Assembly: GCA_910584305.1 (NCBI GenBank)
Contig: CAJTZW010000004.1
Coordinates: forward strand, 45,967 to 109,966
Reading direction: 5' to 3'
DNA: 64,000 nt
Source: an uncultured Bacilli bacterium
Lineage (GTDB): Bacteria; Bacillota_I; Bacilli_A; RF39; UBA660
In this document: positions 1 through 10,649 of the stretch, piece by piece
Layout: every line of letters starts with the position of its first letter
Position numbering within the stretch: the stretch's first letter is position 1
Translations under genes and position numbers: made by a program
The notes under the pieces: generated by a model
The model's input: only the letters and a program-made list of their open reading frames with translations
What the model was told of the DNA's origin: nothing
The model's database searches: none

Positions 1-1
1 A

Positions 2-1675
2 AAAGCAAAAAATCAAATGATTACTAACCCAGAGGTTGTATATTCGATTAAAAGAAAAATGGGTACTAGTGAGAAAGTCCATGTAAATGGCAAAGATTAT
101 ACTCCTGAAGAAATTAGTGCTATGATTTTAAGTGATTTAAAGGCAAGTGCAGAAGCATACCTTGGAGAAACAGTTACAAAAGCAGTTATTACAGTTCCAG
201 CATACTTTAATGATGCACAACGTCAAGCAACAAAGAATGCTGGTAAAATTGCAGGACTTGAGGTGGAACGTATTATTAACGAGCCAACTGCTGCTGCTTT
301 AGCTTATGGTCTTGATAAACAAGATAAAAATGAAAGAGTTCTGGTATATGACCTTGGAGGAGGTACATTCGACGTATCTATCTTGGAGCTTGGAGATGGT
401 GTATTTGAAGTACTTGCAACAAGTGGTAATAACCACTTAGGTGGAGATGACTTTGATAATAAAGTAATGGATTACTTAGTAAGTGAGTTCAAGAAAGAAA
501 ATGGAGTAGACTTATCGAGTGATAAGATGGCTATGCAACGTGTTAAGGATGCTGCAGAAAAGGCTAAGAAAGATTTATCTGGAATGTCACAGACAGAAGT
601 ATCACTTCCATTTATTTCACAAGGAGAAGCTGGGCCTATCCACTTGAATGTAACACTAACTAAAGCCAAATTTGATGAGCTTACTCGTGATTTAGTAGAA
701 TCTACATTAGAACCAGTTCGTAAAGCACTTAAAGATGCGGGACTTACAAAAAATGATATTGATAAAGTATTATTGGTTGGTGGATCTACTCGTATTCCAC
801 GTGTTCAAGAAATTATTAAAGAAGAGCTTGGCAAAGAGCCATCTAAGGGAGTTAATCCAGATGAAGTTGTTGCTATGGGTGCAGCAATTCAAGGTGGAGT
901 ATTGACAGGAGAAGTTAATGATGTTGTGCTTCTTGACGTAACACCATTATCACTTGGTATTGAAACCATGGGTAGTGTTATGACTGTATTAATCCCAAGA
1001 AATACTACTATACCAACAAGTAAATCACAAGTATTCTCAACTGCTGCTGACAATCAACCCGCTGTAGATATTCATGTTCTTCAAGGAGAACGTCCAATGG
1101 CTAGCGATAACAAAACACTTGGTAGATTCCAATTGACTGGAATTCCAGCAGCACCTCGTGGTGTGCCACAAATCGAAGTTACTTTTGATATTGATGCCAA
1201 TGGTATTGTAAATGTTAAAGCAAAAGACCTTGGAACAAATAAGGAACAAGCTATTACCATTACATCTTCAACCACTTTAACAGATGAAGAAATTGATAAG
1301 ATGGTAAAGGAAGCTGAAGCAAATAAAGAAGCAGATGCTCGTCGTAAAGAAGAAGCAGATGTTAAAAATGAAGCAGAACAACTTGTCTTCCAAACAGAAA
1401 AATCAATGAAAGATTTAGGTGACAAGATTGATGCAAAAGATAAAGAAAAAGCAGAATCAGAAATTAAGGGCTTAAAAGAAGCTTTAGAGAAAGGTAATGT
1501 AGAAGATATTAAATCAAAGAAAGATAAACTACAAGAAACTGCTATGGCCTTTGCCACTAAAGTATATGAAGAAGCTGCCAAAGCAAGTGAAGCAGGACAA
1601 GAAAGTGCTGAATCTGATACAACAACAGACAAAAAAGATGATGATGTGATTGATGCAGAATTCGAAGAAAAATAA
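2..1675 (+). CDS. dnaK: Molecular chaperone DnaK (Hsp70), N-terminally truncated by window edge
   Basis: Frame open from position 2. [20 protein letters not shown] and [13 protein letters not shown] Hsp70 signatures. Acidic C-terminal tail ending EEK. About 100 N-terminal residues lie upstream of the window. Confidence 0.95.
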   Translation, partial: KAKNQMITNPEVVYSIKRKMGTSEKVHVNGKDYTPEEISAMILSDLKASAEAYLGETVTKAVITVPAYFNDAQRQATKNAGKIAGLEVERIINEPTAAALAYGLDKQDKNERVLVYDLGGGTFDVSILELGDGVFEVLATSGNNHLGGDDFDNKVMDYLVSEFKKENGVDLSSDKMAMQRVKDAAEKAKKDLSGMSQTEVSLPFISQGEAGPIHLNVTLTKAKFDELTRDLVESTLEPVRKALKDAGLTKNDIDKVLLVGGSTRIPRVQEIIKEELGKEPSKGVNPDEVVAMGAAIQGGVLTGEVNDVVLLDVTPLSLGIETMGSVMTVLIPRNTTIPTSKSQVFSTAADNQPAVDIHVLQGERPMASDNKTLGRFQLTGIPAAPRGVPQIEVTFDIDANGIVNVKAKDLGTNKEQAITITSSTTLTDEEIDKMVKEAEANKEADARRKEEADVKNEAEQLVFQTEKSMKDLGDKIDAKDKEKAESEIKGLKEALEKGNVEDIKSKKDKLQETAMAFATKVYEEAAKASEAGQESAESDTTTDKKDDDVIDAEFEEK

Positions 1676-1692
1676 CAAGGTAGTAACATATA

Positions 1693-1718
1693 AGAAGTTC
1701 TAGGTGACTAGAACTTCT
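1693..1718 (+). other. Intergenic stem-loop between dnaK and pepF (aagaagttctag/ctagaacttct), no T-tract
   Basis: Perfect 10-11 bp inverted repeat read directly. It is followed by gctatatat rather than a U-run, so it is more likely a processing or attenuating hairpin than a strong terminator. Confidence 0.35.
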
Positions 1719-1744
1719 GCTATATATAAATATAAGGAGAACAT

Positions 1745-3541
1745 ATGAAAGAACAAATAACGCGTGCTGAAGTAAATGAAAAAGATAAATGGGATTTAAC
1801 CCCTATTTATGAAAATGACGAATTGTGGTATAAAGATTTAGAACTTGCCAAAGAAGAAATAAAAAAGGTAAGTAACTATACCTCGTTATTAGACAGTGCT
1901 TCTAATTTATTAGACTACATCACATATGATGAAAAAGTGGAGCGTTTATTATATAGACTTTATTACTATGCACATTTAAATAGCGATGCAGATACAACAG
2001 ATACTGGGTATCAGAAAATGGTTAAATTAATAACAGATACTATGAATGAATATAGTGAACTAGGATCATATATTACGCCTCTATTTATGAAAACAGATTA
2101 TAGTGTTATTGAAGAATTCTATGAGAAAGAGCCAAAATTAAAAGAATATGAATTTAATATTCAAGACATGTATCGTTATCAAAAGCATACACTATCGGAA
2201 GAAAATGAAAAAATGTTGTCAATTTTATCCAGTAATTTGTCAAATCCTTCAGAGACATACGAGGCACTTACAGACGCTGATATGAGGTATGGACATATTA
2301 AAGATGAGGAAGGAAAAGAAGTGGAATTAACTGATAGCAATTATATGAAATATATCAGTTCCAAAAATAGAAATGTTCGAAAATCTACTTTTGATTTAAT
2401 GTATGAGACATACGCATCGTATAAAAATACAATTACATCAATTTATAATGGTGATATTGATAGCAATATAGCAATTGCTAAAATCAGAAATTATAATACT
2501 GCACGAGAGGCATCTTTATTTGGGGATAATGTTACAACAGATATCTATGACAATTTAATTGATACAGTAAATAAAAACTTACATGTATTATATAAATATT
2601 ATGATTTGAAAAAAGAAGTATTAGGAATTGATGAATTGCACATGTACGATATATATGCAGATCTAATAGAGGTAGAAACAGATTCATATGAGTTTGAAGA
2701 TGCTAAAGACTTAGTAATAGATGCTCTTAGTGTACTTGGAGAAGATTATATTACCAATTTAAGGAAGGCATTTTCAGAAAGATGGATAGATATATATAAT
2801 AATAAGGGAAAACGCAGTGGAGCATATTCAAGTGGCTTTTATGACACAAATCCGTATATTCTTTTGAACTACGAGAAACAATTAAAGGATGTTTCTACAC
2901 TTGCCCATGAGCTAGGACATTCTATGCATACATATTACTCTTGTAAAAATAATATGTATCAGTATTCAAGCTATAATATATTTGTTGCAGAAGTAGCATC
3001 TACTGTAAATGAATTGTTACTTGCTAAGTATATGCTAAAACATTCAGTGAAAAAAGAAGAAAAGTTATCGATTCTAAATCGTTTGATGGAATTATTTAAA
3101 GGAACAATCTTTAGACAAACAATGTTTGCTGAGTTTGAACGTGATATGTATGCAAAACGTGAGAATAAAGAGGCATTAACCAATGATGTTTTATGTGATG
3201 CATATTATGAACTAAATAAGAAGTATTTTGGTCCAAATGTTATTGCAGACGATGCAATCAAGTATGAATGGGAAAGAATTCCTCATTTCTACTATGGTTT
3301 CTATGTATATAAATATGCGATAGGGTTATCCGTAGCATGTTATATTGTAGATGGAATATTAAATAATAGAGAAAATGCGTTAGAAGATTATTTAAGCTTT
3401 TTAAAAACAGGCGGAAGCATGTATCCTGTAGACGAATTAAAAGTAGCAGGTGTAGATATATGTGATCCAAAAGTTGTAGAAAGCGCAATTCATATGTTTG
3501 ACGAAACAATTGAAGAATTTAAAAACTTGATAAATGAGTAA
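1745..3541 (+). CDS. pepF: Oligoendopeptidase F (M3 family metallopeptidase)
   Basis: 598 aa. HELGHSMH zinc-binding HExxH motif. M3B-like N-terminal region. RBS aaggagaacat upstream of ATG 1745. Confidence 0.9.
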   Translation: MKEQITRAEVNEKDKWDLTPIYENDELWYKDLELAKEEIKKVSNYTSLLDSASNLLDYITYDEKVERLLYRLYYYAHLNSDADTTDTGYQKMVKLITDTMNEYSELGSYITPLFMKTDYSVIEEFYEKEPKLKEYEFNIQDMYRYQKHTLSEENEKMLSILSSNLSNPSETYEALTDADMRYGHIKDEEGKEVELTDSNYMKYISSKNRNVRKSTFDLMYETYASYKNTITSIYNGDIDSNIAIAKIRNYNTAREASLFGDNVTTDIYDNLIDTVNKNLHVLYKYYDLKKEVLGIDELHMYDIYADLIEVETDSYEFEDAKDLVIDALSVLGEDYITNLRKAFSERWIDIYNNKGKRSGAYSSGFYDTNPYILLNYEKQLKDVSTLAHELGHSMHTYYSCKNNMYQYSSYNIFVAEVASTVNELLLAKYMLKHSVKKEEKLSILNRLMELFKGTIFRQTMFAEFERDMYAKRENKEALTNDVLCDAYYELNKKYFGPNVIADDAIKYEWERIPHFYYGFYVYKYAIGLSVACYIVDGILNNRENALEDYLSFLKTGGSMYPVDELKVAGVDICDPKVVESAIHMFDETIEEFKNLINE

Positions 3542-3553
3542 AGAAGGTGGAGT

Positions 3554-4657
3554 ATGAATAAACGTGATTATTATGAAGTTTTAGGTGTTGATAAAAATGC
3601 AAGTGAAGCAGATATAAAATCTGCCTTCCGTCGCCTTGCAAAAAAGTATCATCCAGATGTTTCTAAAGAACCAGATGCTGCTGAAAAATTTAAAGAAGCA
3701 CAAGAGGCCTATGCTGTGCTATCTGATGCAGATAAGCGTAGACAATATGACCAATATGGTCACGCTGCATTTGATCAAATGGGTGGAGGAGCTGGAGGAT
3801 TTGATTTCTCTGGATTCGATTTTTCTGATATCTTTGGGGATTTGTTTGGTTCTAGTTTTGGATTTGGCGGTGGAAGAGGCTCATCTTCCAGTCGTCCAAG
3901 AAAAGGTGCAGACAGCTTACTTCGAATGAATTTAACATTTGAAGAAGCCGTATTTGGTTGCAAGAAAACAATCAATGTAAATGTATCAGAAGAATGTAGC
4001 GAATGCCATGGAAAAGGAGGGCATAATGAAAAAATATGTCCAGATTGCCATGGAACAGGGCAACAAACAATTGAGCAAAGAACTATGTTTGGAACATTTG
4101 CAAGTCGTACCACTTGTAGTACTTGTGGTGGAAAAGGAAAAACATATGAAACAAAATGCTCTGTTTGTCGCGGAACTGGAAAAGTTAATAAAAATAAAGA
4201 TATTGAACTTAAAGTACCAGCAGGTGTAGATACAGGAAATCGTCTTCGTCTTGCAGGAAAAGGGGAAGCTGGAATGAATGGAGGCTCAAATGGAGATATT
4301 TATGTAGAGTTTTCTGTAAAAGAACATCCTCTATTTGAGCGAGATGAAAATGATATTTACGTAACACTTCCAATTACAATTACAGAAGCAGTTCTTGGGA
4401 CTAAAAAAGAGGTTCCAACCCTTTATGGAAATATCAAACTAACCATTCCTGCAGGTTCTAGCACCAATGATAAACATCGTATCAAAGGAAAAGGGGTAGA
4501 AGATGTTCAAACTGGAAGAAAAGGAGATATGTATGTAATTATAGATGTACATATTCCAAAAAAATTATCCAAAGAACAAAAGAAACTATTTGAACAATTA
4601 CATAAAACAGAATTGGATGACAGTGATAAATTTAGAAAGATAGAAAAATATTTATAA
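3554..4657 (+). CDS. dnaJ: Chaperone DnaJ
   Basis: J domain with YHPD ([10 protein letters not shown]). Gly/Phe-rich linker. Four CxxCxGxG zinc-finger repeats. C-terminal substrate-binding domain. RBS aaggtggag. Confidence 0.95.
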   Translation: MNKRDYYEVLGVDKNASEADIKSAFRRLAKKYHPDVSKEPDAAEKFKEAQEAYAVLSDADKRRQYDQYGHAAFDQMGGGAGGFDFSGFDFSDIFGDLFGSSFGFGGGRGSSSSRPRKGADSLLRMNLTFEEAVFGCKKTINVNVSEECSECHGKGGHNEKICPDCHGTGQQTIEQRTMFGTFASRTTCSTCGGKGKTYETKCSVCRGTGKVNKNKDIELKVPAGVDTGNRLRLAGKGEAGMNGGSNGDIYVEFSVKEHPLFERDENDIYVTLPITITEAVLGTKKEVPTLYGNIKLTIPAGSSTNDKHRIKGKGVEDVQTGRKGDMYVIIDVHIPKKLSKEQKKLFEQLHKTELDDSDKFRKIEKYL

Positions 4658-4678
4658 AATATTATAATCATATTTAAA

Positions 4679-4701
4679 AGCGATAAAAATTTTATCGCTT
4701 T
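4679..4701. terminator. Bidirectional intrinsic terminator between convergent dnaJ and PHP-family gene
   Basis: Palindrome aagcgataaaa/ttttatcgctt flanked by A-run on the left and T-run (tatatttt) on the right. Overlaps last codons of the minus-strand gene. Confidence 0.6.
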
Positions 4702-5498
4702 ATATTTTGCATACTGATTTCACGTTTATGGAATACAGCATACTCATCAAATCCTAAATATTGTAATAATTGAAATACTTTATCAAAATCAGATCCCAAG
4801 TCATCTATCTTGTGAGCATCCGAACCAATTGTTATAATAGAACCGCCTAACTCTTTATATCGTTTTAAGATTTCAATATTAGGGTGTGGTGCATAACATT
4901 TGTAACGAATCCCAGATGTATTGACTTCGATACCTTTATCTTTCCTGATTAATTCACATAAAATTGCATCTAATATTTCATTAAACTCCTTATATTCAAT
5001 ACTTTTATTAGCATACCCGCCATATCGTGCGATATAATCTAAATGTCCATATACATCAAAATTTTCATATAATTGAACATTTTTTAAAACTTCCTTAAAA
5101 TACTTTAAATATGATTGGCGTCTTGTAAGTCCTTCAAAAAAAGTTGCATCTTTAGATAAGTCTTTTTTACAAGTGATATGTGAAGAACCAATAATAAAAT
5201 CAAAAGGATACATAGAGAGCATAGCATTAATAGTTTGTGTCTCATCAGGTTGTAATCCCACTTCAATGCCCAAATTAATTTGAATATCTTTCGTACTTTC
5301 CTGCACTTTTTGAAGTTCTTCGACATACGTAGAGACATCCAAAGTTTTTAAATTTGTCTTAATTCCTGTATAAATGTCATAATGTTCTGTAAATGTAATT
5401 TCTTTTATATTCTTGTCTTTTGCCCCTTTTACATACTCATCATAAGATGAAATTCCATCGTGACTGATATTACTATGAATGTGTTGATCTATATACAT
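4692..5498 (-). CDS. PHP-domain phosphoesterase (histidinol-phosphatase HisJ/HisK family)
   Basis: 268 aa. N-terminal DQHIHSNISHDG metal-binding motif typical of PHP/HisJ histidinol phosphatases. Further His/Asp ligands (TEHYD, GSSH, GSDAH). Confidence 0.8.
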   Translation of the reverse strand: MYIDQHIHSNISHDGISSYDEYVKGAKDKNIKEITFTEHYDIYTGIKTNLKTLDVSTYVEELQKVQESTKDIQINLGIEVGLQPDETQTINAMLSMYPFDFIIGSSHITCKKDLSKDATFFEGLTRRQSYLKYFKEVLKNVQLYENFDVYGHLDYIARYGGYANKSIEYKEFNEILDAILCELIRKDKGIEVNTSGIRYKCYAPHPNIEILKRYKELGGSIITIGSDAHKIDDLGSDFDKVFQLLQYLGFDEYAVFHKREISMQNIKR

Positions 5499-5501
5499 GT
5501 T

Positions 5502-5849
5502 CTATCCCTCCTTGTTTTTAATAGTTATTATATTTTCTTGTTTTAATGTATTTATGATATTTTCATTGTGAGAAAATTCATAAGTATAGTATACATCTTT
5601 TCGTGGTAAAATGATATGGTTTGGTTTTACATTTTCATATGTATATAAAATATGGTTATTTATATCTGTCATAACCACATCAATGGATTGAAACATAAAG
5701 AAAGTGTGAATACTATTACACTTTGGAAAACAATAAACCCAATTTTGTTTTTCTCTTTTGAAAGACATTCCGATGAGTCGCTTTATAAATGTATTGCAGT
5801 ATAAAATAGGAATCTTTTTCTTCTCAAACTCTATATACATATCTACCAC
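5502..5849 (-). CDS. DUF192 (COG1430)-like small protein
   Basis: 115 aa. RLIGMSFKREK resembles the GLMgR motif of DUF192 proteins. Translationally adjacent (4 bp) to the PHP gene downstream on the same strand. Confidence 0.55.
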   Translation of the reverse strand: MVDMYIEFEKKKIPILYCNTFIKRLIGMSFKREKQNWVYCFPKCNSIHTFFMFQSIDVVMTDINNHILYTYENVKPNHIILPRKDVYYTYEFSHNENIINTLKQENIITIKNKEG

Positions 5850-5879
5850 CTAAAGTTACTATATCACAATAAAAATAAA

Positions 5880-5908
5880 TTGACAAACAACAAAAAAAAG
5901 TATAACAT
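5880..5908 (+). promoter_or_regulatory. Sigma-A-like promoter upstream of Flp pilin/tad locus
   Basis: TTGACA at 5880-5885. TATAAC (15-nt spacer) or TAACAT (17-nt spacer) downstream. Lies in the divergent intergenic region. Confidence 0.4.
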
Positions 5909-5946
5909 GGTAATAGAAGATGATAAGTAGCAGGGAGGTACTTGAT

Positions 5947-6144
5947 ATGAGAATGAACCAGAAAGGACAAGCTTTAGTAGAATATCTACTTATTATAGCT
6001 GTAATTAGTGTAGTCGTTGTAAGTATTGTAAAATTACTTGGAGGGTATTTACACGATTCAATGGTAAAATCTTCATGTAATTTGGTTGATAAAGTATATG
6101 TAGAAGGATCAAAACCAGGGGAGGCCACCTGTGTAGATCAATAA
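5947..6144 (+). CDS. flp: Flp-family type IVc prepilin
   Basis: Strong RBS agggagg 8 nt upstream of ATG 5947. N-terminus MRMNQKGQALVEY + hydrophobic helix matches Flp G/xxxxEY prepilin-peptidase site. 65 aa. Two Cys in C-terminal part. Confidence 0.7.
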   Translation: MRMNQKGQALVEYLLIIAVISVVVVSIVKLLGGYLHDSMVKSSCNLVDKVYVEGSKPGEATCVDQ

Positions 6145-6150
6145 CATGTT

Positions 6151-6179
6151 TAACACGTTTATAATACGTGTTTTCTTTT
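6151..6179 (+). terminator. Intrinsic terminator/attenuator immediately after flp pilin gene
   Basis: aacacgt-ttataat-acgtgtt hairpin followed by ttcttttg. Classic partial terminator position after a major pilin gene. Confidence 0.5.
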
Positions 6180-6285
6180 GCACGATAAATAATCTATAAT
6201 ATAAAACAAAAAATATATGACAAAATTCATTGTACTACAACATATTTTTTGATATAATTTTTATATGATAGAGGATGGTGATAGG

Positions 6286-6627
6286 GTGAGAAATGAGAAA
6301 GGACAAGCACTTGTCGAATTCATTTTAATTGTTCCTGTACTAGCTTTATTCATATTAGGAATGTTTGATGTTGGAAATATTATCTATAAAAAGTATCAGC
6401 TAGAAAATCAGTTAGATTATGTAGTAGACTTATATGTAGGTGGAAAAAACACAGACATACAATCTTATTTATATAAAGAAAAAATAACAATGAATACTAC
6501 TATGGATAATTCATATACTACCATTACTCTTTCAAAAGAGATATCTTTTGTAACACCGGGTGCTAGTAAATTATTTGGTTCGGCGTATTCTATTGAAGCA
6601 GAAAGGACGATTGCTAGTGAATCGTAA
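6286..6627 (+). CDS. TadE/TadF-like pseudopilin (Flp-like N-terminus)
   Basis: N-terminus NEKGQALVEFILIVPVLALFILGMFDVG matches the TadE-like domain and repeats the KGQALVE(F/Y) prepilin motif. Start uncertain: GTG 6286 or ATG 6265. Confidence 0.6.
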   Translation: MRNEKGQALVEFILIVPVLALFILGMFDVGNIIYKKYQLENQLDYVVDLYVGGKNTDIQSYLYKEKITMNTTMDNSYTTITLSKEISFVTPGASKLFGSAYSIEAERTIASES

Positions 6628-6994
6628 AGGTCAAGTACTAGCATTATTCGCACTATTATTACCACTAATCCTTATGTGTGTGGCACTTATTATTGATACT
6701 GGATTTTTATATATAGAAAAACGACATGTAGATGCAGTGGTAAAAGACGTAGTAGCATATGGAACCGAAAAAATGGATAGTATTACAGAAGAAGAATTAT
6801 ATGAGTTGTTAGAGAAAAATATAGAAAATATTGAAGAGAAAAAGATTGTTAAAAAAGATGGAATACTTAGAATTGATGTTTCATTGCAGAAAAAGAGCAT
6901 ATTTTCATTTATTTTTGGAAAAAAGCGATATGAAATAGAATCAGTTTATAAAGGAATGGTAGAACAAGATTCTATTAGGATAGTGAGGGGATAG
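6611..6994 (+). CDS. TadE-like pilus assembly protein 2
   Basis: NRKGQVLALFALLLPLILMCVALIIDTG TadE-like N-terminus. RBS aaagga before TTG 6611/GTG 6617. Overlaps the previous gene's stop by a few codons. Confidence 0.6.
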   Translation: MLVNRKGQVLALFALLLPLILMCVALIIDTGFLYIEKRHVDAVVKDVVAYGTEKMDSITEEELYELLEKNIENIEEKKIVKKDGILRIDVSLQKKSIFSFIFGKKRYEIESVYKGMVEQDSIRIVRG

Positions 6995-6995
6995 A

Positions 6996-7781
6996 ATGGC
7001 ACTAAAACAAGCAAAAGTCTTTTTAATTACATCAGTAAAAGGTGGCGTTGGTAAAACTACAACTGCCCTAAATTTAGCAGGGATGTACCAAAAGAAAAAT
7101 CTACAAACACTTCTTTTAGATTTAGATGTATATGGTGGTAGTGTTGCAGCCTCCTTGAATCTAAAATATGAAAATGATTTATTTGATGCAATGGATGATT
7201 TAAATAATAATCGTTTTAATTCTTTAGAAAATTATATAGTGAATTATACAAATAAGTTGGATGTTTTACCTGCACCAAAGGACCCTCGGTTGGCAGGGAA
7301 AATGAGTAGTAAATTTTTACATGTTATTCTATCAAAAGCCAAACTAAAATATGATGTAATCATTATTGATACAAATTATTTTTTAGGAGACCTAAATCTA
7401 ATTGCCATGGATGCAAGTGATGAAATTTTATATATTGTATCCAATGATCCAATGGATTTAAAAAATATGAGATCGATGGTTTCTATTTATAGTGATATGG
7501 ATAAAGATAATTATAAAGTGATCTTAAACGAATCTATTAATAAATTACGAAATTATTTTACAGTGTATGATATGAAACATATTATGAATCATTCCATCAA
7601 TTATACCATCCCATCCTCATTTTATATACGTAACATCGAGAAATATGTATTAGAGGGCAAAATCTTAACATTAGATAAAAAAGTATGTTCTTCTCATAAA
7701 AAGGCAATCGCGAATTTTGAAAAACTAGCTGAATCTTTATTAAATGATAAAAAGAAAAATAAGGTAAAAGAAGAACAGTAA
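6996..7781 (+). CDS. tadZ: TadZ/CpaE-like ParA/MinD-family ATPase of the tad locus
   Basis: Deviant Walker A KGGVGKTTTALNLA at N-terminus. 261 aa. Position between pseudopilins and tadA. Confidence 0.75.
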   Translation: MALKQAKVFLITSVKGGVGKTTTALNLAGMYQKKNLQTLLLDLDVYGGSVAASLNLKYENDLFDAMDDLNNNRFNSLENYIVNYTNKLDVLPAPKDPRLAGKMSSKFLHVILSKAKLKYDVIIIDTNYFLGDLNLIAMDASDEILYIVSNDPMDLKNMRSMVSIYSDMDKDNYKVILNESINKLRNYFTVYDMKHIMNHSINYTIPSSFYIRNIEKYVLEGKILTLDKKVCSSHKKAIANFEKLAESLLNDKKKNKVKEEQ

Positions 7782-7793
7782 GGAGAGATACCT

Positions 7794-9125
7794 GTGGCAA
7801 ATAAAAAGTTTGTAGAAGAATTTAATGTAAAAATGGATATTTCTGACATTGAACAAGTAAGTGATTATGAGACGTTTCAAAATAAGGCCTTGTTAGATGA
7901 ATTACGAAATAAGATTATTCAAAACTTAATTGATAATAATATTACTAAAACAGGAAATATGGATGATTTTATTAAGGAACAGATTTCAAAAACATTAGAA
8001 GGCTATGATTTAACCAATATTGAAAGAAGTTATATTTACAACTTAATTGATAATGAAATCAATGGATATGGCCCAATTACTGAACTTTTAGATGATAAGG
8101 ATATTACTGAAATTATGGTAAATGGGAAAAATGAGGTGTATATTGAATTAGATGGTCGTGTTGTAAAAGACGATAGTATCTCATTTATCAATGATGATCA
8201 TATTATTCGTACGATTCAAAGATTGATACAACCTCTTGGAAGAACTATTGATACTGCCAATCCTATGGTTGATGCAAGACTTATAGATGGCTCTAGATTA
8301 AACGCAGTAATTCCCCCTTTATCGTTAAAGGGCCCCGTTATGACAATTCGTAAGTTTAAAGAAGAACTGGCAAATATCGATGATTTTCTTCGCACAGGGA
8401 CATTAACGCCTTATATGGCGAGATTTTTAGAGGCTTGTGTGCAAGCAAAGTTAAATATTATTATCTGTGGGGGAACAGGTAGTGGTAAAACAACACTTTT
8501 AAATGTATTATCTTCTTTTATTGGACCAGAAGAAAGAATTATTACTATCGAAGATGCTGCCGAACTTAAGTTAGAACAAGAACATGTAATTTCCTTAGAG
8601 ACCCGTCTTACTAACTACGAGGGGGAAGGGGAGATTACGATACGAGATTTGGTTATCAATTCGCTTCGTATGAGACCTGACCGTATTATTGTTGGAGAAG
8701 TTCGTGGAAAAGAAGCTTTCGATATGTTACAAGCCATGAATACAGGACACAGTGGTTCGTTGACAACTATGCATGCCAACTCCCCAATGGATGCTTTAAA
8801 TCGTTTGGAAACAATGGTTCTAATGGCAGGAATGGAAATACCCATTCCAGCGATTCGCGAATACATAGAAAATGCAATTGATATTGTTGTCAATGTACAA
8901 CGACTAAGTGATGGGAAACGTAAAATTACCAGTATTGCAGAAGTAGCTGGATTTAATGGAGATACGATTGAATTAAAAGAAATATTCGCATTTAAGCAAA
9001 CAGGACTTCTTGACAATAAAGAAGTGAATGGTGAATTTTTATTAAATGATTATGTACCTGCTGTGTACGATAAAATCGTATCGCAAGGAATAGATACGTT
9101 AAAAGATATATTTGAATCGAGGTGA
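7794..9125 (+). CDS. tadA: TadA/CpaF secretion ATPase (type II/IV secretion NTPase family)
   Basis: Walker [13 protein letters not shown]. Asp box [18 protein letters not shown] and His box TMHANS motifs typical of CpaF/VirB11-family ATPases. Confidence 0.9.
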   Translation: MANKKFVEEFNVKMDISDIEQVSDYETFQNKALLDELRNKIIQNLIDNNITKTGNMDDFIKEQISKTLEGYDLTNIERSYIYNLIDNEINGYGPITELLDDKDITEIMVNGKNEVYIELDGRVVKDDSISFINDDHIIRTIQRLIQPLGRTIDTANPMVDARLIDGSRLNAVIPPLSLKGPVMTIRKFKEELANIDDFLRTGTLTPYMARFLEACVQAKLNIIICGGTGSGKTTLLNVLSSFIGPEERIITIEDAAELKLEQEHVISLETRLTNYEGEGEITIRDLVINSLRMRPDRIIVGEVRGKEAFDMLQAMNTGHSGSLTTMHANSPMDALNRLETMVLMAGMEIPIPAIREYIENAIDIVVNVQRLSDGKRKITSIAEVAGFNGDTIELKEIFAFKQTGLLDNKEVNGEFLLNDYVPAVYDKIVSQGIDTLKDIFESR

Positions 9126-10645
9126 GAGTTATGGAAACAGGATTTGATATATATGAAATGCCTTTAACAAATGAAGAAATAAGTATAATATATACCCCAT
9201 CTATACAGGCAAGGGCTTATACTTATCAAATCATAAAAGATGGAGAAGTATATGAAACATACACTATACCATCTGCAACAGCTAGCCAAATTCATTTATA
9301 TGAATCAGGAATTTATCAAATCACTGTTACTGTAACAGACAGGTATAATCGGAAAACAGAAGAAGCAAGTGGTAGGTATATACTTGATTTAGGTGAACCT
9401 ACAATTACATGCTCAAGTCCTGTGATTACAATGTACCAAACAAAAAATAAAAAAGACATTGAGAATGAAGTTTTAAATACTTGTAAAGCAATCGATGCAG
9501 TAGAAGGGGATATTACCTCTGCATTACAAATAAATGTGGAATCACTTGATTCGGAAAAGATAGGTTTACAAAAATTAACGCTTTCTGTAAGTGATACAGC
9601 TGGAAATATTGCTACACAAAACATTAATTTAAATATTAGAAAAGACAATACAACATTGCTTTTCGGCTTTCAAATTGGCCTTGTTTGTATTGCTTTAATT
9701 TGTTTATATCGATTTATCAAGTACAGAAAAAGTGTTGCGTTAGAAAAACGCCTTTCTAAATATTCCGTAGAGGCGGTCTATGATAGAAGAGTATCTATAT
9801 TGGATGCAATAACAAAACAATATATAGATATGATTAACCGTATTTCACATGGTTTATCAAAATCGAAAATGCTAGTACACCGTAGTAAGCGATATGAAAA
9901 ATACATTGCTTTATATAAAGGATTATATAAAGACAAAATGGATTTTATCAGTGTAAAAATTGTAGTAGCATGTTTGATTGTAGCTATTGCCATTTTTGCC
10001 AAAACAATCCAATTTGAGGTACTACATTTATATGAGATATTTTTACCATTAATATTTGGATATATTCTACCAGACCTTATCTTTATCACAAAGTATAAGT
10101 TACACCGCAATCAAATTGAGAATGATTTATTACAAGCTATTATTATTATGAACAATGCTTTTAAATCAGGAAGAAGCATTACACAAGCGATTGAACTCGT
10201 TACAAAGGAACTGGAAGGTCCAATTGCAGAAGAATTTAAAAAGATGCATTTAGAGATTTCATTTGGTCTTTCGATCGAAGTAGTTTTTAAAAGATTCTCT
10301 GAACGTATTGGGTTAGAAGAGGTTACCTATTTAACAGCTTCTCTATCCATTTTAAATAAAACAGGAGGAAATATTATTAAGGTGTTTACTTCTATTGAAA
10401 AAACTTTATTTAATAAAAAGAAACTTAAACTAGAGTTACTTTCTTTAACTGGAAGTTCTAAAATCATCGTATATATGTTAATAGCGATTCCAATTTTATT
10501 TGTTGTACTGATTAGTGTTATTAGTCCAACATATTTTACACCAATGGTAACAACTCCAATTGGATGGATATTAACTGGAATTATTTTAGTCATCTATATT
10601 TTATATATTATATGTGTCCAAAAAATTATGAAGGTAAGGATGTGA
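9122..10645 (+). CDS. tadB: TadB-like inner-membrane platform protein (T2SS-F domain) with unusual 175-aa N-terminal beta-rich extension
   Basis: C-terminal 330 aa: T2SSF-type helices and loop (ITQAIELVTKELEGPIAEEF...). N-terminal soluble Ig-like-looking region precedes the first TM. ATGA-type overlap with tadA stop. Confidence 0.7.
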   Translation: MRVMETGFDIYEMPLTNEEISIIYTPSIQARAYTYQIIKDGEVYETYTIPSATASQIHLYESGIYQITVTVTDRYNRKTEEASGRYILDLGEPTITCSSPVITMYQTKNKKDIENEVLNTCKAIDAVEGDITSALQINVESLDSEKIGLQKLTLSVSDTAGNIATQNINLNIRKDNTTLLFGFQIGLVCIALICLYRFIKYRKSVALEKRLSKYSVEAVYDRRVSILDAITKQYIDMINRISHGLSKSKMLVHRSKRYEKYIALYKGLYKDKMDFISVKIVVACLIVAIAIFAKTIQFEVLHLYEIFLPLIFGYILPDLIFITKYKLHRNQIENDLLQAIIIMNNAFKSGRSITQAIELVTKELEGPIAEEFKKMHLEISFGLSIEVVFKRFSERIGLEEVTYLTASLSILNKTGGNIIKVFTSIEKTLFNKKKLKLELLSLTGSSKIIVYMLIAIPILFVVLISVISPTYFTPMVTTPIGWILTGIILVIYILYIICVQKIMKVRM

Positions 10646-10649
10646 GAGC

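Noticed and set aside
1081-1689. 202-aa minus-strand ORF (and 1037-1249, 472-669) inside dnaK
   Set aside because: Entirely antisense to a highly conserved chaperone gene. Ser/Ala-rich low-complexity translation typical of antisense frames. No RBS.
3636-4229. Overlapping plus- and minus-strand ORFs (3636-3929, 3775-4113, 3981-4229) within dnaJ
   Set aside because: Alternative frames of the G/F-rich and zinc-finger region of dnaJ. No independent start signals.
5859-6128. 89-aa minus ORF antisense to the flp pilin gene and promoter region
   Set aside because: Hydrophobic low-complexity antisense translation. The sense strand has strong SD and a conserved prepilin motif.
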